Shown here one piece after another: positions 24,922-37,374 of a DNA stretch of 64,000 bases (the first letter of the stretch is position 1; the number at the start of each line of letters is the position of its first letter). The notes beneath the pieces were generated by a model that saw only the letters and a program-made list of their open reading frames with translations, was not told the origin of the DNA and did not search any database. The stretch is from Atractiella rhizophila (Eukaryota). The translations under genes and the position numbers were made by a program. The DNA is taken from the NCBI GenBank assembly GCA_021432655.1, contig MU271303.1:1-64000 (forward strand), in the 5' to 3' direction.

Positions 24922-25960
24922 TCAGCGAGAAAGTAGAGAGATAACCTGGTCTATCTCTCTTTCTTGGTTTGTCATGTATGCTCTCGCCGTACCAACCATG
25001 TCCGCTTTACTTCTCCATTCTTCGACGCTTGGCGGGAGTCCTCCGTTGTCGTCGAAACGAAAGTATCTATCGTCTTTATCGTCCAGAGTCAGGTGTCGTT
25101 TCACCCCCGTCCAATATGCTGCCACAATATGTGGTAGAGTCAGCCAGCACACTCTCGCTACATCATCAAGTGTCTCAATGTCGCTGAATTTTACAGCCGG
25201 GGCTCGACCTGTGCCAATGGAAACTGGGCAAGAAAATTCAGCTTGAGTTCACAAATTCGCTTCAGCTACCGCAACGCAATTTCAGCGCGATTGACATTGC
25301 TGTTAACACCTACGACGAAATCAGCGCCGTCAATTTTAACAGACCAGAAAAAGGCCGGGAAAGCTGTCCTTGCTTCGTCTGCTCGGATGAAGGTGCAAAG
25401 CTAACCAAGTCCAGGTAAAGCAGAACCTGAATAAGTTCGCAAGAGTGTGTCTACCGAAAAATCAACAATGTAAGTAACCGTCATAAAGACTCTGCAACCT
25501 TCTTTCCATCGTTGATCGGGGTCGCGAAGATAAATCGGTAGCTTGGCTCGTCAAAATTTCGATTATCGCTTGTTCCATCGCAGCACAACCAACTCTGCCA
25601 TCTGGATGGTCGATTGCGATTGCTTTGATTGCTTCTAGAAGCGGGCCGCCATCAGGAAAGATGTTCTCAACGCGCTTGTCGTATATATCATAAACATTTT
25701 GGGCAGTTAGACCTAGCCTCCCAAGGCAGAAGGGCGATCAATCCTCCGGTTGAGCTACCACAAATCAAGTTGTAGAAGGCGCACGGTCGGCAAGTTCCAA
25801 CTTGACGATCCGCAAAGTGCGATAGTTTCCATCAGGTTCAAAGGAGCAAGGAGGACGTGCATCGTGTCCAATTTAGACGATCCTCAGTTGAGGCTTGCTT
25901 GGACGCATGATGTGTCTGAGAATTTCCAGCTCAGATAAACCTCGAATGCCCCTCCGGCCC
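24922..25960 (-). pseudogene. Small patatin-like phospholipase, degenerate copy
   Basis: GIRGLSELEIL, CRPC.FYNLICGSSTGGLI and YFRFDDNGGLPPSVEEWR occur in different frames; homologous to 40881-41992. Confidence 0.8.
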
Positions 25961-26021
25961 GACATAACACCCGAAGCGCTTTCGGATTTGGATCGTTCAG
26001 CTGCACGTGAGGCCACCCAAA

Positions 26022-26150
26022 CGTGTATCATCAACGCGCATCAAGTTCCTCGTCTACCCTCCCGTCGACTCATCCATGGCCCTCCAATCCAACCACACAT
26101 CTCCCCAGCCTTTTCCCACGAAAAATCGTTTCAAGCTTACTGCAAAAAAA
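26022..26150 (+). pseudogene. Relic of the Nbl1/Borealin-like 5' end
   Basis: ATG 26076 gives MALQSNHTSPQPFPTKNRFK (cf. MALQSMPMNHTSPQPSPTKKRLK), with matching upstream sequence. Confidence 0.7.
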
Positions 26151-26955
26151 GTAACGCCCTTTCCATCCTGTTGCGAGAAGTAAGGCTGAGTTACATTTTG
26201 CAGTGAGTACAACAAATGTCGCCAATAATGTCGGCGCAGGATATCTGATAGCGCGGTAGGACCAAGCGGCATGTCCCCTTGATCCTTCCATGACAGTATT
26301 GGAAATGCATGAAAGCGATGATTAGAAGTAGGAACAAAGTGAGTTCCCAAGTGTTTAAGTGCAACAATCAAGTCCTTCATGTGTATTGGACCTAGCCCGC
26401 ATGAGAAAGCGGCAATGTGAGCCACACATGCAGCTGACGAATGGGTCTGTCATAAAAGATCACAGTGTGAAATACAATTTATCGAATGGAACTTTCAAAA
26501 GACTCGATCTGATCGTTGAACCTCGGACTGTTGGATCTGCTGGGCCGACGTTAAGTGTATCATTGGGTTGTCATTCGCCCGACCCCTGTTTTCGATGTAT
26601 CTAGTTAACATTGGATCCATGTCAGCTGCTTCTTTGAAGAAGACTTAAGACAAGAGGCATCACTTCATTACGGCCCATCCTGTCTTCCAGGAAGTTAGCT
26701 TGAATGTTCATGGATGCTTCTACGTATTTTACACGTTACCAGTAATCAGATGAGGCTAACAGCAGGTTGTCAGCAAGTATCAATGGCGTTCAATTCAGCG
26801 AATGTTACATGGTTCAGTACATGGCACTGGAGTCATCGTACACAAGACGAAAACTGTTCCCGATCGCCCACATTGCAAAATACGAAAAACTGAAGCAAGA
26901 ACTTCTTGAGACTATACATACTTGGAATGTTTGGATGGATGGCTCAGGAATCGAC

Positions 26956-29514
26956 TCAGAGTTCTACACCGTTCTGTTTACTAAGAGTCCATAAACGCTG
27001 ACCTGCTCGTTCGATTTCCTTCCGCCGCCGAGGTTTGTTCAATTCAGCTTTTGCTAATCCAGCCGCCTCCCGTAACTTCTCCGGGTCAAAGTCTTCAACC
27101 GCATGAGTGTAAGCCGGACGCTTGGCCTCAAATCGAAAGTAGAAATCGCTGTCGCAGAAGTAGTTATCCGCCTGTGTAGCTTCTCTGGATCCATGCTGTC
27201 CTGCGTCAACGACCGCCTCTAAGAGAGCGTCCGCCGACAAATTTGGGTTTCGCTGTACCGGAGGTCTTTCACCTCCACCCAAAGAAATGACACAGCCGTA
27301 CTTAAAGTCATCATCCCTCCAGATGGAGTGTGCTTCATTGACTGCGGCCATGATGGGGTTCAGGTGTCCGGTGCCGCTGGCATCCACATATTCGGTGTCA
27401 TCAATCGTGATTGGGAGAAAGAGGCGTGGCATCGCAATGGTCGCGCGAGCCACCTCCCAAAGTTTTACCTCATCCCAAATCTCATGAGAGCGAAACACCT
27501 TCAGATCGGTTATGGAGGATTCGTAAGCTGCGGTAACGGCTACTCTGCACCCCCCGTGAACAGGGCAAAAGAGTCGATCTTTGCTGACGCCAGCCTTCGA
27601 AATCAACTCCTTGAAAGAAGCTTCGAAGCGAGATGAAAATACGGCAGAAGCCTTAACTACATCCGGGGCGAAAGCCTTCTCACAGAGATATCGGAAAGCA
27701 GCAATTGCTTGGTCCACAGACATCTTGAGAGATCCGAACATCAACGCAAGAAGTCCACCCGTCGAGGAACCGATAATCAAATCAAAGAATTTGTGAGGCT
27801 GAAGGTCGTCAGGATGACGTCCAAGCTTGTACTTTTGTTTTTCTTCTTCTGAAAGTTCCGAACAGAGTTGCCGTAGAATCTCTCGCAAAAAGAATAATTC
27901 AGCGAATGCCCATGTCCCACTGCCGTCCAGTGACAAAATCCTTTTCCGCGAAAGATTCGACGGAGTCACAAGCGTCAGAGAGCTCAGCCGCCCCGCAACC
28001 TGGCCTGCATCGATATCAAAGGATGCCTTGGTTGGTGTGTGCCCTGGTGTTATCATAGGTATGTCGATGTCGAACAAGCCGGATTCGGTAGCGAGATATC
28101 GAGACAAAAATCCCTTGGAGCTGACGTCCCTGCCATTCAATGCGTTAGGTAGAACGCTGTTTTGCTTCTCCATGTCCCAATGTTTCAGTCCTCGAAAGCT
28201 TCGGTACGCATCAAAAAAATCTCTCTCAACTTCAGTTTTCTCCTTATGAAAACGATGTTTGAAATTCAGATCGCATTCCTCGCCGCTTGCCTCCCAGAGG
28301 AGATGTAAAGACGTAACTGTCTGTAGATCGCCGTCGACATCATGCACTGTGGGAAATTATAAAAGACTCTTAAACAGCCGTCTGTACTCACGTCGTCTAA
28401 ATGCCTTGACAATGGAAGATTTCGGGTTATTATACATATCTTGCAATACTTCACATCGTATCGCCTACGTTAATTCAGCTAGGAGAGGTTAGGATGAATG
28501 CAAGACATACCGTGAAAGCATCCGCACCGGTGCGAATTTTGACTTTCTCCCACAACTCACGACACTTGCGATGCCATCCGACAGGAAATTTGGGGTTTGT
28601 CATGTTTCTTCTCGCAAAGACAACACTCTGTTGCTTAATTGCTTGGAGGATGGACTCTAGGAATTTGCATTGATCTGCCCATTGTCGGAGAGCTGAAGAA
28701 AGATTCAGTGCCATGTCTTCTAGGTGTTCGCAATGAATCTTCAAAACCGCACGGTCCAATTTGGTAAACTCTGTCCGATGCGTTCAACGGTCAACCCTGG
28801 CGAGGATATTCAACCTTTTCTCACCAACTTTAGCACTGTATGTGAAGAACAGACGACTAAATTTGCTGATGAGGTCGCTCTGCAGCGCCTCATTAACTAT
28901 CGAATAGGATCTGTTGCTACTCACTAGAGAGGAAAAGTAACTAGCGCTTTCTTCATGCAGCAACTTGAACTCTTGATTAAGCTGTTAGAGCCGACTCTTC
29001 AAGGCAACATCCTGCAAGGGGAAAGGGACAAGCTCACTGAATCGAGTTGTTGGCTCAATTGAAAGATCTTGCCTGAGACTCCTTTTAGAAATACCTGATT
29101 TATCGTAACTGCGAAGTAGGATGCACACTTTACATCAGCAAGCACGCTTTCACTCGGCGAACCATCGCGATGCAGTCGTTGAAACAACCGTCTTGAGACC
29201 CAGACGGCAAAGAAAATATTCTTCGTACTTGAGACGAAGTCGGTGCTGACCTCGTTAAAAGTATCCTGTAATTGCCTGAGAGGTGCAGAATCTTTTATGA
29301 GCAAGGCACTGTTCCTCGCTTAGCCAGGTGGAAGAGTTGTCGGAATAATCATTCACTCCTGCTCACCCCAGGATACAATCGCTCTCATTCGAGGCCAGAT
29401 CGGATCAATATCTACAGGCTTCTGCCTTGTGAGTCCCTCTAACATGTTGAATAACTTGTGATCCTGAGACTGTCCTGAACCAAACTCCATTGATGAGGAG
29501 GACAGCACAGACAT
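26956..29514 (-). CDS. Large patatin-like phospholipase with ~430-aa predicted helical N-terminal extension (~750 aa, 7 exons), apparently intact
   Basis: Last exon: RILSLDGSGTWA, FFDLIIGSSTGGL, KLWEVARATIAMPRLF, EYVDASG..LNP, CVISLGGG, YFRF. Six upstream GT-AG introns splice in frame from ATG 29514 (manual model). Confidence 0.8.
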
Positions 29515-29789
29515 GTGAAAGAGAGTGCCAGAGGGTTACAAAGCTCTACATTGGTATCCTGAAGGTCTTTTAAAAGGGGCTCTCTTGGCTAAATATTTGT
29601 CGTTGATAGCTTGTAGCCTTGACCAAATGAAACCAAATTGAGTTCCAACATTGTGGAAAAAGTGATGACCGATATCGATCAGATGAAATTGAACCAAAAT
29701 TGAATTCTTTTTCGAACCAATAAGGGATAGAGTTAAGGCCGATTAGGTTGCATGAGTTTCCAAACTCTCTTTTCCTTTGTACCGAACGA

Positions 29790-30400
29790 AACTCAGTCGA
29801 CATGTCAGATGAGGATTTTTCTGGTGTTATTTGATTTGATCACTTTGAGATAGCAAGGGTACTTTGTACCTCAGTTTATACCTCAGCAAAGCGGAGGGCT
29901 CGGACGATGCTCTGCTTGTTGGTAAGTTCCTAAAGGAATGCGACAGAGTTTACCAGCTCTCCCCAGTGAATCCTTCGGAGAGCACGATGTGTTTCGACAG
30001 TGGCAATTGCGGATGAAGACTCCTCGACAACCGCTGGCGACGGCTGATCCCGCGTCCTCGCTTTAAACAGACGCATCTCGTCACCTTTGTGTAGGTTAAA
30101 TGTACTCATCGCAACCGAAGAGATGGTGAACACAAGGAAAGGCGGCGAAGGAGGTACGAAGGCCGGACACGAGAAACACCGTCCCTCGAAAGGGAGAAAT
30201 GCAAGGAGCCTTTCGGCTCCAGCTGGAAAAAGCAACGTCTAATGCTTATGCACACGAAGCTATAACTTCTGGTGCATCCTTGAGGTGCTATAAGCAGACC
30301 TTTTCCTTACATGCACTTTGGGGTGGGAAAGGGGAAGAGGCACTTCAATGCTTCGCCCGTCATTGCCTTTCAGAGTCTTCAAGATGGCTCAGTAGTTATG
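29790..30400 (-). repeat. Inverted SDR-upstream element retaining only the first SDR codons (ATG TCG ACT at 29803)
   Basis: Reverse complement matches the SDR promoter/5' region; MQGAFRLQLEKATSNAYAHE ORF on + strand. Confidence 0.7.
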
Positions 30401-30647
30401 GATTGAGAATAAGAAGGCGCTGAGCGGCGGTCATGATATCTTCTCTCTTTCTTCGCCAATTTCGGCCACTACGATGAAGGAATACAGAGGCTTTCATGGC
30501 CGTAAGACTGCTGGAAAATTCACTTCGGGTTCTGATACCCAGGTTATTAACGTGAGAATGATTCTCACCACAGAGTGACTTCAAAAAGGCAGAATGAAGG
30601 GTTTCCATTCACCCACGTGACGACATGAACCATTTCATCAACAAGCA

Positions 30648-30911
30648 TCAACTCCGTTGCACAAACGGAACGACAAAACCCATGCGAGCAAGCAGTTGAA
30701 TCGCCTCCTGTTCATAAGCTCTCGTTTCATCTCGAAGAATGGGGACACACCTCTTTAGCTGCCGTCTAAAGTCTTCGACCCGCTCTTCCAGCTCCATTAT
30801 GTCTCGCTTCAGAGGTTTCCCTGCCTTCTTCCGCTTCTCCTTTTTCATCCCAGACACCTCTTCTTCCGCACCGTCAACCGCATCTACAAGAGAAGCAGGT
30901 TCTTGTGACAT
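30648..30911 (-). CDS. Hypothetical small basic/coiled-coil protein or exon
   Basis: 87-aa ORF with NLS-like KKEKRKK and heptad-like LEERVEDFRRQLKR. No family recognised. Confidence 0.3.
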   Translation of the reverse strand: MSQEPASLVDAVDGAEEEVSGMKKEKRKKAGKPLKRDIMELEERVEDFRRQLKRCVPILRDETRAYEQEAIQLLARMGFVVPFVQRS

Positions 30912-31449
30912 TTTTTTAGAACTTCGCGGCTCCTTGAGCCAGGGCTAGAGCGCGATCCAGCGGTGCGGAGAGGAGAGGCTAGTGCTCACCTGTTTAAGCT
31001 TAGATCTGCACTCAGATCTCAAAGATCTGACCTGAAGGCTGACGGACCGTAAGCCCATTCCATTGGTCGAAGTTGCGTTGAATGTCTGATTGTCGTGGAC
31101 CGGTCACTCCCGCTCTCTTCTGATGGAGGCGACAACCAAGGGCATTTCTCTTCGCGAAACATCCATCGAATCATGGACGCACGAAACATGTCGACGTGTA
31201 CTATCATTCACGTGTACGCGCCTGCAGAAAGGGATGTGATCCTACGATTGACAACCGGCAGTCCTCTTAAAGCTCGCCTCCACCGGCTCCGCGAGATCAT
31301 CCGTGCTTCACGCGCCGCTAATTATGGACACGCAAATACCTGGTCTATAACATGAGGTCTCTCTGCGACTTCTTCGATGCTGCTTGTCGGCACATTCGCA
31401 CCCTCGAGAGAGTTTATCCAACTCGGAGTACGGTGTCGGCGGCTTTTCA

Positions 31450-31920
31450 CCTCCTTATGAAGAGCTGCACGCGGATCTGTTCGAATTCCAGCGAGCTGAT
31501 CAGAATGGAAGGCGGACGCCAAAGGTCTAGTTGTTTGAGAGCTATCACGTTACCTCCTCCGCTCCATATTTCCCCATCGTTTCCTAATAAAAGCAGGGTA
31601 TGGCAGAGTGAGCACAAAGTGATGGTGTTACGCCTTGCCGCCGTTGCAATCGCAGAAAGATGACCACAACAGCAAGAAGCACCATTATTCTTGCATTCCC
31701 CAAAGATCGGTAGGGAAATGGTGCAGCACACAGTCGCAGAGTCCCCAGTCCTTCGTCATGGCGAATGCAAATATTGGAATGAACTGTTGAACATTCAGCT
31801 CCTGGAATGGTCAAAGCAGGCGACTCCACAACAGCGGGGTCATAGATGAAGCCTTCAGGCAGCACATAACAAATCTCTCCTTTCAGATGTTTCCTTTGTC
31901 CTTTGTCCTGAACTGCCATC
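31450..31920 (-). pseudogene. Possible degenerate HNH-type nuclease relic
   Basis: CCCGHL...RNTITLCSLCHTL resembles the HNH N.I.LC..CH motif; reading frames are broken. Confidence 0.3.
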
Positions 31921-32067
31921 AGCAGATCACATCAGTCCCAACTTTCTCTGCCCATCTTGTTCCTGCGTCTCAAGCAAGGTTCGGTTGTCTTATTAACACA
32001 GTAGCAGGTTAGCGAGCAGTACGACCCTTTTTTGTCTTTGTATTCCCCAACTTGCAGCCTCCCTTCA

Positions 32068-33951
32068 ATGTCGAACCTGACGTCCATTCACAATCACATC
32101 AAGTTGCTCAAACAGCTAGGAGCGGCTTTTGGATCTATTGAATCAGATCTGAAAGCTTGGGATGAAGAGTGGAAGGCATTTTATCTCGTTACTCCTTTCT
32201 CGACTTGCATTCAAATGCATCAGCTTCTCACTCTTTTTGACTTATGTCTTCAGACTTGGAGGAGAGTACGCTCAGATGGCGAAGGACTCGCAGCAGACTT
32301 CGCTAGTTGGGAAAGTCGGAGTGATTGGGACAGCGAATCCCATCATGTTTGGGCGAAGTCTATTTTGTTTCAATTGAAGGGATTGCTTGTTGCAGCTGAC
32401 TCTCAATTGAGCTTAGCAAAAAGGCTGTCGGACTTGCAGACTGGGCTACTTCGTAACTGTCACCGTCACCTTCTTTCCGTAAATACCGCATCATATCTTT
32501 GGTTTTGGAGTCGACCGGCAACCTTGTCCAAAAGACGGCAGTTTGGTCAGCATACCTGCTTTCCCGCTCGCTATAGCGGATACTGACACCTCAAGTAGAT
32601 TACGCCAGTAACAATCTCAATCAACAGTTCCTCGTCATCGAGTCGTGTTCAGAAGGTCTCGTTGGCTTCTGGAGGGAAGTCGAGGCGTACCTTCAAATGA
32701 TCCGAACGGGGAGACTGCAGCTTCAACAATCTTTGATCCTTGTCTTAACCCCGGCATGGCTGGATTGCAGCGACGTTTACGCAGAGGTTGTGCCAGATCA
32801 CCTCCTATTTGCGCAGCGTCTGCAACTTTCCGTCGATTACCTGCAACCGTTACCAAAGTTTCGACTCCAGCGCTCGTCGCCCTCTAAGTTTGTTCTGTCG
32901 CACAGGGAACCATATGGAAACGAAGTACTACAGGCAAGTCGTCTCCTCCCATTCATGCTGCACACAATCTGATATCTACGGCAGGCGGAAGATCCACCTG
33001 TGCACCCTAAACCTGGACCACTGCCCTCAGATATCTCTCGTTATGCCATGCCCTTGTCTGATATTCTATTTCGGCGTAACCAGGAACTTAGGTTCCTTGT
33101 TCGCTCTTTAAAGTGGGTCAACACTGCTGTGGAGTCTCGTTGGCTTGCAACACCTCAAGAAGTTCGACTGATCCAAGAAGACTTGCGATTTGTTTTACTT
33201 CTATTGCTTCATGACGCCGAAGTTTTCGTCAAGGATTTCCTCGTCGTTTTCGAAAAACTCTTGTCGGAGAACAATCTCACAGACGAAAATGCCAGGGACA
33301 CTGTTTCGAGACTTCATCATTCCTTTACACGGACTTCGACGACGCTGCAGTCTGCTGCGGTTTTGGTCGAAGCAGCGAGTGAGCTTCTGGCCCATTCGAT
33401 AACATGTCAGTTGGAACGCGCCGAAAGTAGTACACGTGGATTGGGAGCAATGGTGGTTTGGATCAAATTAAATTGGTATCGGCTTTGTAGGTCTGTCATA
33501 CTATGATGAGTACGTTGATTGAGCTTCCACAGGGTCTCTTCAACCAACTGCTTATTCCGCTTATTTTAACAATCGCGTTTTGCCTCTTACATTCAGCACA
33601 ACGGGTCTTCCGCAGGACGAATTAGCGAAGGAAAGAATGGGGAAGTGGATGACAGACCTTCGTCAAAGCCAGGATCGACTGTGGTCACTGACTTATGCAC
33701 TGGACGGATATATCAGCCGGACCGTTCAGGAAATGGTACGAAGTGCCAAACGGGATGACGTCGGATCCTCGCAAGTCCGAACAATCTTTCAGGAGAACGT
33801 CGAGGAATTCAAACTCCAGGTGGTAGAACTGACTGCTGTTCGAAAAACCTTCGAGGAGGATGCAGACTTTCTAAAGGGAGAGTACAAGCCCGCTCCTATG
33901 GTCAATTGGGCCCGAATGCGACCTGAGATTCGAAGGGTGCGACTTTGGTGA
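32068..33951 (+). CDS. ESIHNH-family copy 5, apparently intact (4 exons, intron 2 GC-AG)
   Basis: MSNLTSIHNH...KRRQF / DYASNNLNQQF...EVLQ / AEDPPVHP...WYRL / WSLQPTAY...RRVRLW. Confidence 0.8.
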
Positions 33952-34254
33952 TTTGTGTGGAAAAGCCTTGCTATTCTTTGTTCACAGAACGCCAAATGCG
34001 TTAAGATGACCAGAATCCACAAGCTCTCAAAGCACTCTTAAACTACAAAATCAATCAGATGATGACAATCTGCAATCTGATGGATGAGGAATTTAGCAAG
34101 GAAATGCGCAACTAGGTTCAAGTAGTACCACACTCCTATATCCACCCTCCATCTGAATCTGGAGCCAGCCGCCATTTGTACCATCTCCTGGTGAGTACAA
34201 AAGATGAGCTTCAAACCTGGTTGAGGTCGTTCTGCACCAGGAGTCTGCTGACAA

Positions 34255-34398
34255 ATGGCCGAACAAGTCTACGTTCCGCCACTGTCTATGAAGGTGCCAA
34301 ATCCGAAAGCGCTTCGGGCGTTATGGTTGGAGGGAGGGGGCATTCGAGGTTTATCTGAGCTGGAAATTCTCACACACATCATGCAAGCACTTCAAATC
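34255..34398 (+). pseudogene. Small patatin 5' fragment
   Basis: MAEQVYVPPLSMKVPNPKALRALWLEGGGIRGLSELEILTHIMQALQ. Confidence 0.8.
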
Positions 34399-34400
34399 TC

Positions 34401-34488
34401 AATTAGCAGACACCGCAAATAGCTGCTTGACGAGCTCAAGCCCAACGCCGCGAGAGGTACCGGTGATGACGAAGACTTTGGTCGACAT
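34401..34488 (-). pseudogene. SDR 5' fragment; its upstream element extends to ~35130
   Basis: MSTKVFVITGTSRGVGLELVKQLFAVSAN, abutting the patatin fragment on the opposite strand. Confidence 0.8.
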
Positions 34489-35506
34489 GGCAGATGAGGA
34501 TTTCTTTGGTGTTGGTTTGATTTGAATGCTTTCTGGGACAGGAACAGTTCATCCTACCTCATTTATACCTTTCAGCAAAGTGGAGGGCACGGACTGTGCT
34601 CTTCTAGTTGGTAAGCGCCTGAAGCATGACAATGCGACAGAACTCGATGTTCTCCTTGGTGAAGCTTGAAGGGGAGCACGGTGTGCACCGAGAAATGCAA
34701 CCGCGGATGATTACGCGTCGAGACTGCTGATCAAGCAGTTCTTGGTTTGAACGAACGTATTTCGTCAGTGTAGACTGCGTGCCACAATCTCAACGTGAAT
34801 GGATGGCGGCGATGGGATCGAGAAGACCGCACGCGGAACCACGCTTCCTCGGAAGGGAGAAATGCAACGCGCCGTTCTGCTCCAGCTCCACACCCAAACT
34901 TCTACTGCTTATGTCGATCAAGGCTTTAAGCGCTTAACCTCGAGCGGACGTTCGAGGTGCTGTTACACGTACCCGTTCCAGGCAGTTCAAAGGAGTGGCA
35001 GAGGTACTTCGCGTACTCAACACGGGTTTCAATGGCCGTGATGCTGTCAGCTCATCCATTGCGGGTTTCATACTGAAACTGCTACTGCCATGCGTGTTTC
35101 ATATTACTTCAAATGGGAGAGAATGTCAGTGGTGGAACGTAGACTTGTTCTGCCATTTGGGAGCGGATTCCTGGTGCAGAGCTCACTTAACCTGGTTTGT
35201 AAGGTCATCTTTCGCACTCACCAAGGTGATATCAACCAATGCTTGCTGCTTCAGGAGCCTTTGTCACAATTCTCGTCACAATGACGAGACACGGATCGAT
35301 GGAGCTAGTCGCATCTCTCGCCGTCACACGCATACGTCGGGTACTCCAGGCATACTCAAGGGGACTACGAGGAATTGAGCCTTAGTTCGCATTGCCAACA
35401 GCTCAGGAATTGTCAGGGGATAAGGAGTATAACATGAGGTCATTAGGTTAGGACGAATTCGGTTCGGCGTCCGCTAAACAAATAATACTAAAGGCTTTCC
35501 AACAGG

Positions 35507-37374
35507 TCACCAGCGGCGCGCTCTTAGTGCCTTAGGTCTCATTCGACTCCAATTGATCTGTGGGAAAGGATTGTAGTCTCCCTTCAGGAAGTCTGCGTCC
35601 TCCTCGAAATCTTTCCGAAAAGCGATAAGTTCTTCAACTGTGACTCTGAGTGCCTCGACGTTCTCCTGAAAGATTCCTCTGATATGCGGGGATCCTGGGT
35701 CAGCACTCTGTACCATCGCCTGAACAGTCTTATTGAGATTCATGTCAAGTGCAGATGTCAGCAACAGCAACCGTTCTTGGCTTTGGTGAAGGTCTGTCGC
35801 CCATTTCGCCATTCTTTCCTTGGCCGACTCGTCCTGCGGAAGAACGGTCGTATTGAACGAAAGAGGTAAAACGCGATCGATAAAATAAGCGGAATATGCA
35901 GTTGGTTGCAGCGACCCTGTTGAATACCAATCAATGTTAATCATTGTTCATCCTGGCATGAGCATACGCACAAAACTGGTACCATTTCAATTTGATCCAA
36001 GTCACGACTGCAGCCAATCTACGAGTTCTGCTTTGGATACGTTCCAATTGGCAAGTAATCGAATGTACTAAAACCTCACTTGCTGGAGAGATAAGGCCTG
36101 CAGCAGAGTGTAGAATCGTTGTTGATCGCGAAACAGAATGATGAAGCTTGGAAACAACGTCCCTAGCCTTTTCATCCGCGAGATTCTTCTCCAACAAGAG
36201 CTTTTCGAAAACGGCAAGGAAGTCTTTCACGAAAGCTTCAGAGTCATGCAGCATCAGACGCAAAACAAATCGCAAATCTTCCTGCAATAGTCGAACTTCT
36301 TGAGGGGAGACAAGCCAGCGGGATTCTACGGAAGCATTGACCCATTTGAAAGAGCGAACAAGGAATTTCAGGTCTCCGTTACGGCGGAATAATATGTGAG
36401 GGAGAGTCATGGTATAGGTGTGAGAGGGCAGGGGTCCAGGTGGGACAGGTGGATCGTCAGCCTGACACAGATATCAGCTCTTACACGGCATGAAGGTGAA
36501 CATGTAGACGTACCTGCATCGCTTCGCATTTGCTGTGTTCCTGGTTCAAGGGAAAGAAGATGCAACACCATGAAGACTGGTATCGAAACTTCGGTGAAGG
36601 TTGAAGGAAATCAGCAGCAAGATTCAGACACTGCCCGTATAAGAAAGGATCTGGGATAACCTCTGAATAAACCTCGCTGCAGTCCAGCCATGCTGAGATT
36701 AAGATGAGGATCAAGGATCGCTGAAGCTGCAGCCTCCCACTTCGGAGATTTTGAATGTCCACTTCGACCTCCTTCCAAAAGCCGACGAGACCTTCTGAGC
36801 ACGATTTAATGGTCAGGAATTGTTGATTAAGATTATCGCTGAAGTAGTCTAAGTTGTGTGTCAGTTCGAGAGAGAAATCAAAATGTTCATGCTCACCAAA
36901 CTCCCGTTGCTTGGCCAACTGCGCTGGCCGACGCCAAAACCAAAGGTATGATGCAGCATTGACAGAGCGCAGATGGTTATGACAGTTGCGGAGTAACTCG
37001 ATCTGTAAACTGTACAACCTTGCTGCGAAGCACAACTGAGACTCCGCTGCATTAAGCAACGCGTGCAGCTGATAGAGGACACATTCTGTCCAAATCTGCT
37101 GAGAATCGCTGTCCCAGTCACTGCGGCTTTCCCAACTAGTGAAATCTGCTGCAAGTCCTTCACCATTGGAGCGTACTTGACGCCAACTTTGAAGACATAA
37201 ATCAAAAATAGTGAGAATCGTATGCGTTTGAACGCAAGCCGAGAAGGGAGTGACAAGGTAAAATGCCTTCCAAGCCGCATCCCATCCTTGTAGATCTGAT
37301 TCGATGGATGAAAAACACATCCCTAACTGCTTGACCAACTGGATGTGATTATGAATAGATTCCGGGTTGAACAT
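35507..37374 (-). CDS. ESIHNH-family copy 6, apparently intact
   Basis: MFNPESIHNH start; exons splice in frame to ...RMRPKALRARRW. Confidence 0.8.

Noticed and set aside
26150..26900. Possible tyrosine-recombinase-like relic (LSDILRRHYWRH)
   Set aside because: One short motif only; no other catalytic residues or termini found.
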